From assembly GCA_047495785.1 (NCBI GenBank), contig JBLDXI010000026.1, positions 62,001 to 126,000 of the forward strand: 64,000 nt of DNA, in the 5' to 3' direction. Within the stretch, counting starts at the first letter, position 1, and every line of letters starts with the position of its first letter. The position numbers were made by a program, and so were the translations under genes. The DNA is from Lepidodermella squamata (Eukaryota > Animalia > Gastrotricha). Shown piece after piece: positions 47,847 through 60,177 of this stretch. The notes beneath the pieces were generated by a model, which saw only the letters and a list, made by a program, of their open reading frames with translations, did not search any database and was not told the DNA's origin.

Positions 47847-48098
47847 TCAGCTCATGTACTGCGAGAAGCACCGGTCGATGCAGAGCTCGCGCTTGCTCGC
47901 TGTCGTGTGTTCAGTATTGCCGCTGCAGTCCGTTACGCAGTAGGTCAGCCGGCCGTAGTCGCCGAAAGCTAGGCCTGTTGCACGTTTCGCCCGAAGAAGT
48001 TCGACGCCGTTGCGATGACTTGCCGGAGCAGGCGTGCTTGAATGAACGAAGATCATGAGGGCAATCGCGATTGAGCTGTAGTAGTACCAGGAAGGCAT
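47847..48098 (-). CDS. Secreted 4-Cys peptide precursor (RAKR site; C-x3-C-x14-C-x3-C)
   Basis: MPSWYYYSSIAIALMIFVHSS...LLRAKR|ATGLAFGDYGRLTYCVTDCSGNTEHTTASKRELCIDRCFSQYMS; TATA-like site near 48160. Confidence 0.85.
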   Translation of the reverse strand: MPSWYYYSSIAIALMIFVHSSTPAPASHRNGVELLRAKRATGLAFGDYGRLTYCVTDCSGNTEHTTASKRELCIDRCFSQYMS

Positions 48099-49654
48099 GT
48101 TTTTTTTGATAATGTTTTTAATCCCGAATGTTGAGCGTCTAAAAAAAAATTGAAAGTTTATAAATAGATTCACGGCACCAAAACAAGGAGAAAAACAAGT
48201 TTGTTCAAAAGCCGCAGTTACCCGCACGTTTATAGAACAAAAATAATGCCGGCTTATACTTTCAGCTTGAGTGAAAATTAATTCGCAATAAACACACCCT
48301 AGTCGTCGCTCATTTTTCCGTGACAGGTGATGTCTAACTAGGTATCATCACCTCTCCGGCTTCACGTGAATTTAGGGGATCAGGAAGATATGTAGGCTTC
48401 GCGAATTCAATTACTTAGCGAAATGTCAAGGTGTTGAAAAAAACGCCGGCCGGCAAATTAATCTGATAATACGCGTAGTGATAGAGATACAGCCTGTTAG
48501 CGGCAGGAAGTCTCCTACACGATGAACATTAATTTAGCTAACTGTACACGTTCAGCTATAGTTGACACGGGGGCTTATAGGAAGGCGACCGCAAAATATG
48601 ATCATTATAATCTCGGATTTTGAACCGCCGCGAAAAGAAAAACGTAAAACTGAACGGCTAATAAGGAAACTTTATCTCTTCTTCGTTGCGGTTGTTATGA
48701 TCGGGTTCGAAACGTGATAAAGCAGATAAAAAGATCAAAGACCAAAAACCTCCGCGTGATGATGAGCAAGAAATGCCGCCGTCTTATGACAATACAAATG
48801 TCATATCTCACCTACAAATTTATACTACGCAGTATATTTACTTTTAGCCGGTATATCGTCGTTTCTAGTTATATTCGACCGTTGACAAGTGAAAAGGGGG
48901 GTGTGGCGAAATTGTTGACATCGTGAGATTTTGATGCCGCTTTCAAGATCAATGAACGAGGAGTCGAGGAGGATTGCTGAGAAAGTTCACTGGTAAAAAT
49001 TGCTAATTTCGCGAAAAAGCGCGCTTAAAAAGTTTAGTTTTTTTTGTTGCATCAGTCAATAATTTGTCGCGCGATAAATTCTGACAATATTTTTTTATGC
49101 GCACTCGAGGTTATTTCTGAGGTGAGGAATCTTGTTAGATATTGAAAAAGTTGATGGAATCAAGCTAGTGCTAAATCGATTAGCCTTTTTTGGCTACACT
49201 TTGAGGTCTCTCGTCTTTTGACGTGGATTAATTGAGCTTCCTACAGGTTACAGGTATGAATTTTGAAAATTCAAAATCCCCAAGAAAAACTGAGTAAGGA
49301 CATGTAGGATCTAAGTCCTATTTCAAGTCATCAAGCTTCATGCCATTTGCTGGAAACCCCAAACCCCACTTTTCACTTTTTAACGGACATTTTTATTCAC
49401 CCGACAAAACTTATTCGTCTCCTGGTTAAATTGATGTTTATTAGCGCATGAAAATAGACTCATCAAAAACTTTATTAGCGTGACAAAATATTATAGAATT
49501 CGAACAAACTATGAGATAAAACATTGTAACTAGACGATTGCGGCCTCATTTGACGTAGAATAATTTGTCCAATAACGGAATAGCTAAATCCGGATAATAT
49601 GTCATCCGTGTGGCACTATTTCTAGGATTTCTTTCTTAATTTAGGAAGCCATCA

Positions 49655-49945
49655 TCATCCTAGCAATAAACTGCCGCTTGTCCTGCTGCACTCGTCTTCG
49701 AAACAGGTCATCAGCGCCTGGGTGCCTTCGTCGTGATTGCTCCGGCAAGCTAGCAAGCACATATTCCATTGAAAGAACTCGTTTAACGAAAAGCGCTTCA
49801 CTCGCGCTACCGCCGAAGAACTAGAAGCACCGGCGTGTCGGAAGCTTTGTCTGTCTGAGATTTTGATTGATCGGCTTTCTGAAGAACTGACAAGCAAGGC
49901 CGATAATAGAATCGCAAGACCAAGGATAGCGTAGAAAGACGACAT
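49655..49945 (-). CDS. Secreted 4-Cys peptide precursor (RVKR site; C-x3-C-x13-C-x4-C)
   Basis: MSSFYAILGLAILLSALLVSSSES...ARVKR|FSLNEFFQWNMCLLACRSNHDEGTQALMTCFEDECSRTSGSLLLG. Confidence 0.85.
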   Translation of the reverse strand: MSSFYAILGLAILLSALLVSSSESRSIKISDRQSFRHAGASSSSAVARVKRFSLNEFFQWNMCLLACRSNHDEGTQALMTCFEDECSRTSGSLLLG

Positions 49946-50713
49946 TGTATATGATTGATTTTAAATACTAGAAAATAAAGTATTTTGGTCGGATATGTAA
50001 CTGAAATTATATCCTGATAAGGCTAAATTAAATTAAAAAGCGTCACGAAAAATTAGTTTGCCAGAGGCAAAGGTCGCATTCCTTTATTCATTTTAGTCTA
50101 ATAATATGACTCAAGATACGGCGGCGGCGGTGTGAACCCCGCGAAACATGCTGTATATCGATGACTAATACCATTATACGTTTTTTATTTATTAAAAGAT
50201 GAATAAACGGCACTTATTTGACCCTACCGGCAGCGCATGCTAGCTCACGTGAAGAAGGATGCGTGCTTTTGTTCTTTTTACGTTACCTGATGCAATTATT
50301 TCACCCACCACGTAAGTAATCGTAAACAAAGGCGGATATTTTACTCCGCATTCAATGTCAGCGAATGAGTGAATGGCCTTTTGTTTACACGAAGATGCAT
50401 GACAAAAGAATTCGATGAATTGAAGCTCTGTATTCTGGTAAAAAACTAAATAATCGTGCGGTTAATTATTATCGTGACCAAATATATGCTTTAAATCCGT
50501 CAAAAAAATGACCAAATTTTTTTTTCTTGCCTGACGACTAAAACTGGTTATAAATCAAGTTTGATCTATTTTCGGTCACGAGATTGGCCCACTCGTCTGA
50601 AAAAAACGGCAAAGACAATAATAATTTGTTGACTATTTATTTTAAAATACTAAAGATCGTATTCGTCATAAGATCAGGTAAAACAGATGTTAAACGTTAA
50701 AATTATGTCTTTA

Positions 50714-50944
50714 TCACAAAAATATGAAACACGCGAGGCAAGTTCTCCTTCCAGGAAAAGGCAGGTTTATGTTGCAACTTCTCAAGCAATCCTCAAAAAT
50801 TTTTAAAAAGGCCGGGCGATTGTCTGATTTTGGTCGATCCGTGACTGATTCCGATTGCGCGAAAGCGACAGTTGTAGAGATCCATAATATACAGACTATA
50901 GCCAGTATCGAAAGCGATGATGGAGATAGATATTGGTGTTTCAT
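50714..50944 (-). CDS. Secreted 4-Cys peptide precursor (C-x3-C-x11-C-x2-C)
   Basis: MKHQYLSPSSLSILAIVCILWISTTVAFA|QSES...FEDCLRSCNINLPFPGRRTCLACFIFL; TATATATA at about 51003-51010. Confidence 0.8.
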   Translation of the reverse strand: MKHQYLSPSSLSILAIVCILWISTTVAFAQSESVTDRPKSDNRPAFLKIFEDCLRSCNINLPFPGRRTCLACFIFL

Positions 50945-51318
50945 CGTAGGCAATAGGGTTAAAACTTCTAAAAGTAGAAACGCATCCTGTGAAATGACGT
51001 CATATATATAGTCGAAAGCGCCTAATTTGAAATTCTAATAAATTATTCTGTCGATGAAGGTAAAAATGACAAATAATGAGCGAAAAAAATGCAAGATTTT
51101 TGCTGATAATTTTTCACGTCTCTGATTGGGGAAAAATCCGCCCGCGACCAAAACAACAAAAGAATTTCCTTGGAAGTGCATGCCGCGTATTTATCAACGG
51201 TAGTGCGTGAATTTGATTCATCTACAGATGTTTAAAGTGATTCATCTTGCGTAAAAAACACCAGCGCTGAGAAAATGATGAAATTAAGGACACTCGACAC
51301 ACCAGTTTTTTTATATTT

Positions 51319-51915
51319 TTATTTCAACGTAAGCTTTTGTTCAACTGCATACCACCTCTCATCATGGCCGGGTCCTTTTATCAATTTTCTAAAGCCTAGA
51401 TTCAGGTAGGTTTTAATCGCCGCCAGCCGGTAGTCTTGCGTCGATAGCATAGCTGAATTTTTGTCAGTTTTCTCGACGAAAAATCGCAGTAATTCAGCCG
51501 TTATCTCACGGCCAAGCTTGCGACCCTGATGAGCAGTTGCGATTGCTACCCAGCTGATGTAACCCGTTAAGGGCCGATCCCTCAACAAAGCTGCTACTTC
51601 AGGCCGACATCGTGATTCACCCGGTACAACACATAGGCGGCCAAAAGCTATCCCAACAATGCGATTTTCATGTTTTATCGCAATTCTCGCCCCGATTCCT
51701 GGGTCTGTTGCGATATCGACTACCCTTCGCCTGTTCCATTCGCCGAGACTTGTGCCGTAGGCGTCGGAGAATAATTCAACCAATTGCTCAATTTCAGTGT
51801 CGATGAATTTGTCGTAGTAAATCATCGTATAGCCATCGGGGAGATTGATTTCAGGCAGGTCATTCAAATTTTCCCGAATCATGCCGAGATTGTCATTTAC
51901 CTCAATGGGATCCAT
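51319..51915 (-). CDS. GNAT-family N-acetyltransferase, intronless
   Basis: GYISWVAIATAHQGRKLGREI (acetyl-CoA motif A, QGxxxG); LSTQDYRLAAIKTYLNLGF (motif B). Confidence 0.9.
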   Translation of the reverse strand: MDPIEVNDNLGMIRENLNDLPEINLPDGYTMIYYDKFIDTEIEQLVELFSDAYGTSLGEWNRRRVVDIATDPGIGARIAIKHENRIVGIAFGRLCVVPGESRCRPEVAALLRDRPLTGYISWVAIATAHQGRKLGREITAELLRFFVEKTDKNSAMLSTQDYRLAAIKTYLNLGFRKLIKGPGHDERWYAVEQKLTLK

Positions 51916-52457
51916 TGTAGCGTATGTAGCGTATAGTATATGCCGGCTTATAGTAATATTACTATACGTTTTTTACGCTCCCTGATAACAATGGCCGCTC
52001 AGATAAAAAATAGATATCACGCTAATTAAATCTCTTCGCATTCATTAGCTTAAATCAAATTGTTGTAATAAAAATTTCGTCGTTTAAAAATTCGTGCGTT
52101 TTTGGTAATTAATTTATACAGGAAGTTGATAACCGGTCCGAAAATATTAGCCTGGTATGTTTTGAATCTACTGAACCAGTTAAAACGCGTTTTGAAGGAA
52201 GGAATTTTCCGAACATTTCGACGACCTTCAGGAATGTTGAAAAGTAACCAGAATTTGATTTTAATTTTTGCTGAATTTTCCTGTGTTTAAAACCTCGAAA
52301 AATCATGATTTGAAGCTCGATAAAAGCACGGCCAATTATCAATTATCAATCTGACAAGCATCATTTTATTACCAAGAAATTAGTTATTCGAAAATGTATC
52401 AACGAGGTCACTTTTTAAAGGAGCAATAATTGTAATTAAGCGTTGAAAGTAGGTCAC

Positions 52458-53034
52458 TCAGCCGTGCTTGGCGACACCAATAACGCCGCAAGCTGAGCGA
52501 GCGCCTGAGCTGCCGGTTTTCTTGCTGTCCTCCGTGCCACCGCGGCCGAGGTCGTCTTCCTTCTCGTGGACAACCATCGAACGGCCGATGACTGAGTACT
52601 GGCCGTTGAGGGTGAACAGCTTGTCGGTGATGTCGAAACGAGCAGTGCCGCTGTCGTCAGCCTCCAAGTTGCCCAGATCGCCGATGTGACTGAAAAAAAT
52701 TATTATTATTATGAAGATCTACCTTTAATAATTAATTTTCGTACCGATTGTCGTAATCTTCTCGGCCGCCGTGGGATTTATTTGTCGGGTTATAGTGGTC
52801 ACCCGCAGTGGTACAGCCGTTGCTCAAATCGCCGAATTCGTGGACATGGAAACCGTGTTTTCCCTTGGTCAAACCACTGATTTCGCCGTGGATGCGAGTA
52901 GGGCCATCTTCCTTCTGGAAACAAAAATTGGGAGATAATGTGAAGCCTTGAGAAAAATAAGTTACCTCTTGAACGAAATGGACGATGCCGCAAGCTTTAT
53001 CGCCTTTCAAAACACAAATAGCTTTTTTGATCAT
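52458..53034 (-). CDS. SOD1: Cu/Zn superoxide dismutase (exons 53034-52966, 52914-52745, 52689-52458)
   Basis: [28 protein letters not shown]|[34 protein letters not shown]. Confidence 0.97.
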
Positions 53035-54017
53035 CTTACTAAGTTTTAATCGAATATGAAATGCTGATTAGTCCTTACTGAATCAGCTTTAAATAGGATT
53101 AATTCGAATTCAATCTGCGAACTGAATACGCCGCATTTATTTCGAAACATAACTTGTATCGTCAATTAAATAAACTAATGATGCTGACGGCCAAGTGGGA
53201 AACAAATTTTGTTGTATTTATTATGAGCCTAATAAGGCCTTGAACTTTCAGAGGTAAAATGTTTGCCCAATGTTATCCTGTCGGATTACGACAACCTTTG
53301 CCGAAGGAATTTGAAAAAAAATCCAGGAACCTTTCAGGCGAAACGGCAAAGTTTCAAAAGTTTCAAATACCAACGGAGTGGTTTTGAGATACAATCATAA
53401 TAATGTCCAAGTGCGGAATGACCTTTGAATCGCAGAAATTGATGGACTGGGATACAGCTGGGCTCATGATTATAATTATTGAATTTTCCGTTGATTTTCA
53501 GTCTTCAATCTTGATTTCCGGCGAATTTTTAAAGCATTCACCCAAATGAGCTTCGCCCTACATTGATATTATTACCGGAAGCCTTTGGCGAAGTTGAAGT
53601 ATTTTTATGACGAAATTAGCTCATATAGCTCAGGTTAAGGGCTTTCTATTGCTTTTGAAATACCTGAAGTTACTGATTTTTTAATTTTTCTAGATAACAC
53701 CCTTTCCCACACAGAATTGTATTTGTGGGGTTTGTTGAGAAAAACAACAGCTGGCTCTTGTTTGTTATTACGCAATACCCTGTCATCTAATAAGCTTGGC
53801 TCGAAATCAATTTTTTGCCGCCAATTTTTTTTCCCACGTTATTCCTTATCATCTTAACTGGTGCGCCTTGATGATTCAGACTGCCGTGGCGCATGATTCA
53901 TACCACACTCAATACATTGATTTTTTACGGCATATAAAAGTAAAAGCTCGTAACTGCCGTCACTGCTATTTTACCTTTTTTACGCTGTAATTCATAACTC
54001 AGGGTTCAACACACGTA

Positions 54018-55621
54018 ATGTTAGACCCAAAGCCCACGAAAAAGAACAATTTGGCGAAAGATGGCCACTCAAATCCCTTCTCACATTTCGATGACGATCT
54101 CTTTTTGAGAAATTCGAATAACAAAGTCGAACTTCGGCACGAATGCTTTACCGAGGAAAACGACCCATGCTTTGGCTTGTTGACTGAAAAAGGCGCTCGC
54201 CACTCTTGCTGCACCTTCAGCTCTTTCGCTCGACTTCCTCGCGACAAAGCCATTATTCGGGAAAAGTACTACACTGGTTTTGGTAAAAAGTTCTACGAAA
54301 TGCCTAATCCATCGAACATTCAACCACTTCTTTCGGCTCTGGGTTCTGACTACATAACTGTAGAAATGGCTCATTGCTATTTTTCAAACTATCACTTCAT
54401 CGATGCTAATGAAGTGGAGTGGCGATTCGAAGAATGTTCAGTCTGTTCCGCGCCTTGCCGCTTCGTCCGGAAGCCGCCATGCTGCCGTCAAGGCATCTGT
54501 CAAATCTGCTGGGAGCAATACGTCACAACCAAGGCTCAGAACTCCCTGTCAGTACATCTAACTGGAATGTACGAACTTCGCTGCTTTTCTTGCTCCAAAA
54601 TGGTCCCATTCATCGAAGCTGCGAGTTCATTGAGTGAGAAACAACTCGAGCTGATCAGGCCGCCAGGTCACTCGTCTTGCGTCCTATTCGACTGCCCTGT
54701 CTGTCTAACATCTCCCCCGCCCTATCTCGTCCCTGGAAACAAAACTGCTGATCAAATCACGAAAAAGTTGAGAAAAACCAGAGGCGGTCGACCGCATAAG
54801 TGTGAACGGTGTGAAACCACCTTTTGCAGTGCTTGTGGCCAAACGGAACACCCTGACGTTACCTGCAAAAGTCTAGCATCTTCTGATGTAGGCTTGTCGA
54901 AATGGTCCAAACAACAAAATTCAGAGCGGCCTGACTTCAAAGTAAATTTCTAATACATAATTTTTTGGATTTTTTTTCAATTAATATAAATGTTATTAAA
55001 TTAAAAAAAATGAATTACCTTCACTTGCGTATCTAAGATCCAAGCCAAAGTCAAACCCCAAACCTAACCGTAACCTAAAACCTAACCCTTGGCTTGGATA
55101 CGCCAGTAAGGTACACCCTTAAAAATATTATTTAATATAATTTTTCAATCAAGTTTAATCGAATTTTTTTTAAGATTTTTATTGAATTTATTAAAATTTA
55201 GTACCTAATTAATTAATTAAATAATTTACTTTTTTAAATATTATTTATTCTGAGTATTTTTCATTCAATTTTTAATTTTCTTTATATTTTTTCATAGAAT
55301 GCAAGACGTTGCCCAAGCTGTCACATTATCGCAAGCCATAACGGTGGCTGCCCTCATATGACGTGCCCATGCGGTAAGGATTGGTGTTTCGCATGCGGAA
55401 GGCGATACCTGAAATTCCACGGCAAAACCCGATATTTGCCGATTCTTTCGTGCCCGAAAGATTGGAGATCAAAAACAGAGCGTCTAGCTGTTCATTCTGC
55501 TGTCAGTCTCGGCCTGATATCAGCTGCTCCATTAGCACTAGCTTTAGCTGTACTCGCTGCTCCGGTGGCTGGGTCGATCTACTTGGCTCTGAAAATTAAG
55601 CGTAGAGTTCGCGGTTATTAA
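54018..55621 (+). CDS. RBR E3 ubiquitin ligase, RNF217-like, C-terminal TM (exons 54018-54941, 55298-55621)
   Basis: RING1 CSVC...CC...CQIC...CFSC; IBR CPVC...CERC...FCSAC..H...C; RING2 CPSC...GGCPHMTCPCG..WCFAC; hydrophobic tail. Confidence 0.88.
55016..55113. repeat. Small intronic MITE-like hairpin with a telomere-like (AACCCT-like) core
   Basis: TACCTTCACTTGCGTATC...CCAAGCCAA / TTGGCTTGGATACGCCAGTAAGGTA flank AAACCCCAAACCTAACCGTAACCTAAAACCTAACCC. Confidence 0.65.
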
Positions 55622-55725
55622 TAGCTCATATTTCTGTGATAAAACGAAGCATATTCAACGGACATTTTTCATCATTTAATATCACCACCGGTTTCAAGCA
55701 AAAAATTCTAAAATAAAATCTATAA

Positions 55726-56885
55726 TCATAGAGCGCCGAATTTTTTGTTCTCTCTGCCAGATCCAGCCATAAGTAGCGGGTTGTACTCGTCGTTTCTTTG
55801 CTGTGTTGGCGCTTCAGCAGCTTGCATCGCTCGTCGAGCTTGAAGCATCGGGCTAATCAAGCGATGCAGAATCAGGATGATTGGAAAAGCCACGACTGCT
55901 GCTGCAACAGCAATTAGAGCGATTGATAGCGTCGACAAGGCGCAATCTTTCGCATCCGGATCACCGGGAGGCTGGAGAAAAGCCGTTGGACCTTAAGAAA
56001 AATGTTCAAATATTTCTAATTATTCAAATGTTTTCTTATACAGTAGATGTAATGAGAAGTTCCTGGAGGACATTGTGAGGGAATGATGCAAGGTTCAGGT
56101 GGACAAATCGGGCACTGAAAATGAAAAAAATTAATTAGGAACTCGAATTTTTCGTTTCCTTACTTGGCAATAATAACCGTAAGGACAAATCGTGCAGGTA
56201 TGAGATGCAGTTTCGTTACGTAATGTATACTGGCCCCTCGGGCATGGAAGGCATCGACCAATGCCCGCTATTCCTTTGTAAGTTCCTGGTTCGCAAGCCT
56301 GGCATTCACTGTTGCCCACGCCAATCGCTTGATAGCCCCACGAACATAACGTACAGGTTGTACAAGCGTTTCTGGAGCAGTAAGTACCGTCGCCACAAGG
56401 TTCGCAGGAGAAAGTGCCGTTATGAGGGGCGGCATAGCCAGGTTGGCAAATCGAGCATTCCAACTGCCCCGATAGGGGTTGAGCGTGGCCTGGTCCGCAT
56501 TCTTCACACTCTGTCACTCCCGTGTTGTTCGAGGCGGTCCCGGGTCGGCAGGGCGTACAATCTGTTTCATTAAGGCAGAATCCCGCGAATCCTGCAGCTT
56601 TACACGCTTGACAAGAGGGGTTGTCTGAAAACAATTTTTGCGATAAAAACAAAGGCAATCCTGAATCCTGATCTTCTACCTGTAGAGGCAAAGGTTCCAG
56701 TTGGGCATGCAGTGCAGTTTTTTTCATCTAGGTCATCTGTAAAAAATAGGTTTCAGCTATCAAGTGACTGAAGTTGAGCAATTTATACCAGCGAACACCC
56801 CAAAATTAGATCTGCCATCCAGATGAAGAAATAAAACGAAAATAAAGGCAATAGATACTTTAAGGTGGCTACTAGTGATAATCAT
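55726..56885 (-). CDS. Type I membrane protein with GCC2/GCC3 (ephrin-receptor-like) Cys-rich repeats, 5 exons
   Basis: Signal MIITSSHLKVSIAFIFVLFL; repeats C..C.PG.......G...C..C.PG; TM IALIAVAAAVVAFPIILIL; short tail with YNPL. Confidence 0.8.
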
Positions 56886-57267
56886 GATATAGCTTCTTCT
56901 TTTAACAATGGGTGTAAAGGGACTGTCATCTCAGTTGAAACAGCGCAAAAATGTAGGAGAAGATAACGGTCATTTTATCAGACAGGAGAGATAGGCTATT
57001 CGGTTACTAAAACAGTGATAAGACGAGTGGCGAATTCAAACGAATATCGACAAAAAGATTATTGGCTCCCGTCCAAGAGAGGTGCGAAATTCATGGGACA
57101 AGCGTTTTAGAGTGGGGTGACTGTTCTTCATTGTTCATTCGCTCGCATTTCAATGACTCATCGTTTGCGATGACTCATCGCTACGTGAGAATAACAAATT
57201 GAGTCTAAAACACGTTTTTTACCCTATAACAGTTTTAGCTGGAATGACAGTGTTCCTTATAAAAAAA

Positions 57268-58448
57268 ATGTCTTTTAGTAAATGCCGTAATTGTCCAACT
57301 GAGGATGAGGATCCTTTTATCGGGTTACTAAACGAAAAAGGTTCCAGCCTAAAATGTTGCGACTTGCGAGCTTATCTTGAAGCTGGTCATATCGACGAAA
57401 TCAGGTCAATTTTCGGCCGAAAGCTCCGCCGGTTTATCGCAGATAGCGGCAAAGACCAGTTGACAGATGATTTGTATCAAAAATCAAGCCTGAGGGGTCT
57501 AACTCAGGTTTTGAAGGTCAACTACCAATTCAAAGACGATGATGGGGTGAAATGGGGCTTCGACGCCTGCTCCGTCTGTCTCGCTGATTGCCGATTTGTT
57601 CGAAAGCCGCCTTGCTGCCGCAAAGCTATCTGCCAAATCTGCTGGGATAATTACGTGAAAATATCGGTAATTATGTCGGTGACGAATGGCTTTTACAACC
57701 TTCGCTGCTTTGGTTGTAAGAAGATGGTTCCTTTTAGCGAAGCTCTAAGCTCAGTTGGCAACAGTGAGCTTCAAGCTTTTCGGCGTTGTAGCCCAGCGAA
57801 CGCTACAAACATACGTTGCCCAATTTGTCTGACTTATCCGCCGGCTGGATCTGCTTCAAAGAGGTCGAGCTTTCAGAGGATTCTTTCAAAGCTGAAGCTG
57901 CGAAAAGGCGGCAGGCCTGAATTGTGCCAAAGATGTTATCATACGTTCTGCAACGTTTGCGGCCAGTTGGATCATCCAACCATGTCGTGTTCTGATTTAA
58001 CTGCTTCGGATAAAGCTTTCGTCAAGTGGACTAAAACCCAAAATCCTCTGAAACCAGATGTTCCAGTAAGTTCAAGTTTAATTTCGAATCCTCCTTAAAA
58101 TATTATTTCCTTAATAAGAACGCGCGAAACTGTCCGAGTTGCGGCATTCCTGTGTCTGTTGATGGAGGGTGTGTCCAAGTGACCTGCCCCTGTGGCCAAG
58201 ATTTCTGCTTCGCATGTGGCCGAAGATACATCGATGAATCCACGTTTTCATCTCTTCACACTGGTACAAAATATTTGCCACTTGTTTCGTGCCCGCAACA
58301 GTGGAAATCAACTTGGAAACGGCTTGTTGTTCATTCCGCGGTGAGTCTGGGACTCATCTTCGGTGCTGTGGTGGTTCTAGCGGCAAGCCCGATTGTTATA
58401 CCAGCTGCGGCAATTTTCGCAGTCAAAAGACGCAGAGGTTCTTGTTAG
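57268..58448 (+). CDS. RBR E3 ubiquitin ligase, RNF217-like paralog 2 (exons 57268-58065, 58119-58448)
   Basis: Same architecture and intron position as the 54018 gene; CRFVRKPPCCR shared; RING2 GGCVQVTCPCG. Confidence 0.88.
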
Positions 58449-58683
58449 GATCTTGAAACTATAATACTATGCAATTTTGAAAATTTCATTCGGCTCTGAT
58501 ATACCTGCATTTTACTGCAGATATTATTGTTTCCTTATACATTAATGCTGAGCATTAATTTGATTAATTAGGCGACTATGCAAGCCAACATTTGGCAATA
58601 TTATATTGACAATTAGAGAATGATCTACATTAAAGTTTCTGGAATAATTCGAATTTAATAAAAAGGATAAGCTAATTTGGTTC

Positions 58684-59298
58684 TACGACTAAGCCGCAGC
58701 GTCAATGCAGTTAACGACGTCTCCGCTCTGACAAGTCCGCAAAAGCCGATAAAAATTAATTTTTGAATATTTTTACCAGCGACAACTCCGCAAAATCCAA
58801 AAATAAATAAAACATTCAAAAATTCAAACATTTTCATCGGCGACAACTCCGCAAAATTGATTACTTTGAAATTATTTAATTAAATTATCGTTTATCTAAT
58901 TATCCAACTCAGCAAAGGCCGAAATGCGTTAACGACAACTCCGCAACTGAACTAAATTAAATAAGATTTTGAATTTTGAAATGAATAACTGTATGGCCAT
59001 GCCAAATAACCGATGATATAGATGTTACAAATTAATATTTTATCTTTGCGGAGTTGTCGTTAACGCATATCGGCCTTTGCTGAGTTGGATAATTAGATAA
59101 ATGATAATTAAATTAAATAATTTCAAAGTGATCAATTTTGCGGAGTTGTCGCCGATGAAAATTGGAATTTTTTATTTATTTTTGGATTTTGCGGAGTTGT
59201 CGATGGTAAACATATTTAAAAATTAATTTTAATCGGCTTTTGCGGACTTGTCAGAGCGGAGACGTCGCGACTGGACTGTCAAGGGCGGCTTAGTCGTA
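58684..59298. mobile_element. Foldback/MITE with ~260-bp inverted arms and internal CGACAACTCCGCA sub-repeats
   Basis: TACGACTAAGCCGC...GCGGCTTAGTCGTA termini (possible TA TSD); arms about 58684-58945 and 59046-59298 are near-perfect reverse complements. Confidence 0.9.
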
Positions 59299-60177
59299 AG
59301 GCGGCTAATTTTTCGTTAATTAAATTTAACATTTAAATTCAAGTTTTAAACTGAACATTTTTATTTAAAAATTCATCATATTTAATGAAACAACGCTTGC
59401 GAATCGTTTATGTCAGAACTGCGCCAGTCCAGATGGTAACAAATCGGAACGAGGCGAAGAAGAGTGGAGAGTATGAGTAAATCGAGTACGGCGATTTTAT
59501 TTTTATTTTAGCCAGCATTTTACAGTCCAAACTTCAGTTGGCTCTAGTTACCTCTAACAGATTACTAAGCTGGCTGACTTTATTAATATAACCAAAACCA
59601 AATTTATTGCCGGTACAAGCCTCGACCGGCCGCACGTAATGCTGTTGAGCTCCAACAAAGTAGAGACATTAAAATTGGGTTTGCGCACATATATTTTCTA
59701 ACGGGTCTGTGAGCAGACCTTATTTTCTCAGTCAGGTATCTTCAAGCAAAAAATTAGGCGGCTAGAACACCCCGAATTTTCTAATGTTTTATCACATTTT
59801 CTGCTGAAAAAATGACAATAAACAAGCGTGAAGCGGAAAAAATACACTTTTCGAGAAACTTTGCCGCTGCGTTCGAGCAAGGGAATGACAAAAGCAGGAA
59901 AAAATCATTGGATTAGCGTTTTGACTAGCGGCAACCCAACAGTTTTCTGTCAACAACATAATATGCTTTCCTTGCTGTTAGAAAAAAAATAATTAAAATT
60001 ATAGAACACAGTGCCTGGAAAAGAGCATTGTGGTGCATTTTTTCACCGGCGTGCGCCAAGGGTCCAAGGGTTGATTGATGGGTGAGGGTATAAAAGATCA
60101 GACTACAGGTGAAAAGCAACCATTTTCAAGCTTCATTTCTCAAGAACCGCTTATTATCCGTCAACATAATTTTAAAA

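Noticed and set aside
55050-55090. True telomere or telomere-associated insertion site
   Set aside because: Only about 6 degenerate units inside a small intronic inverted-repeat element
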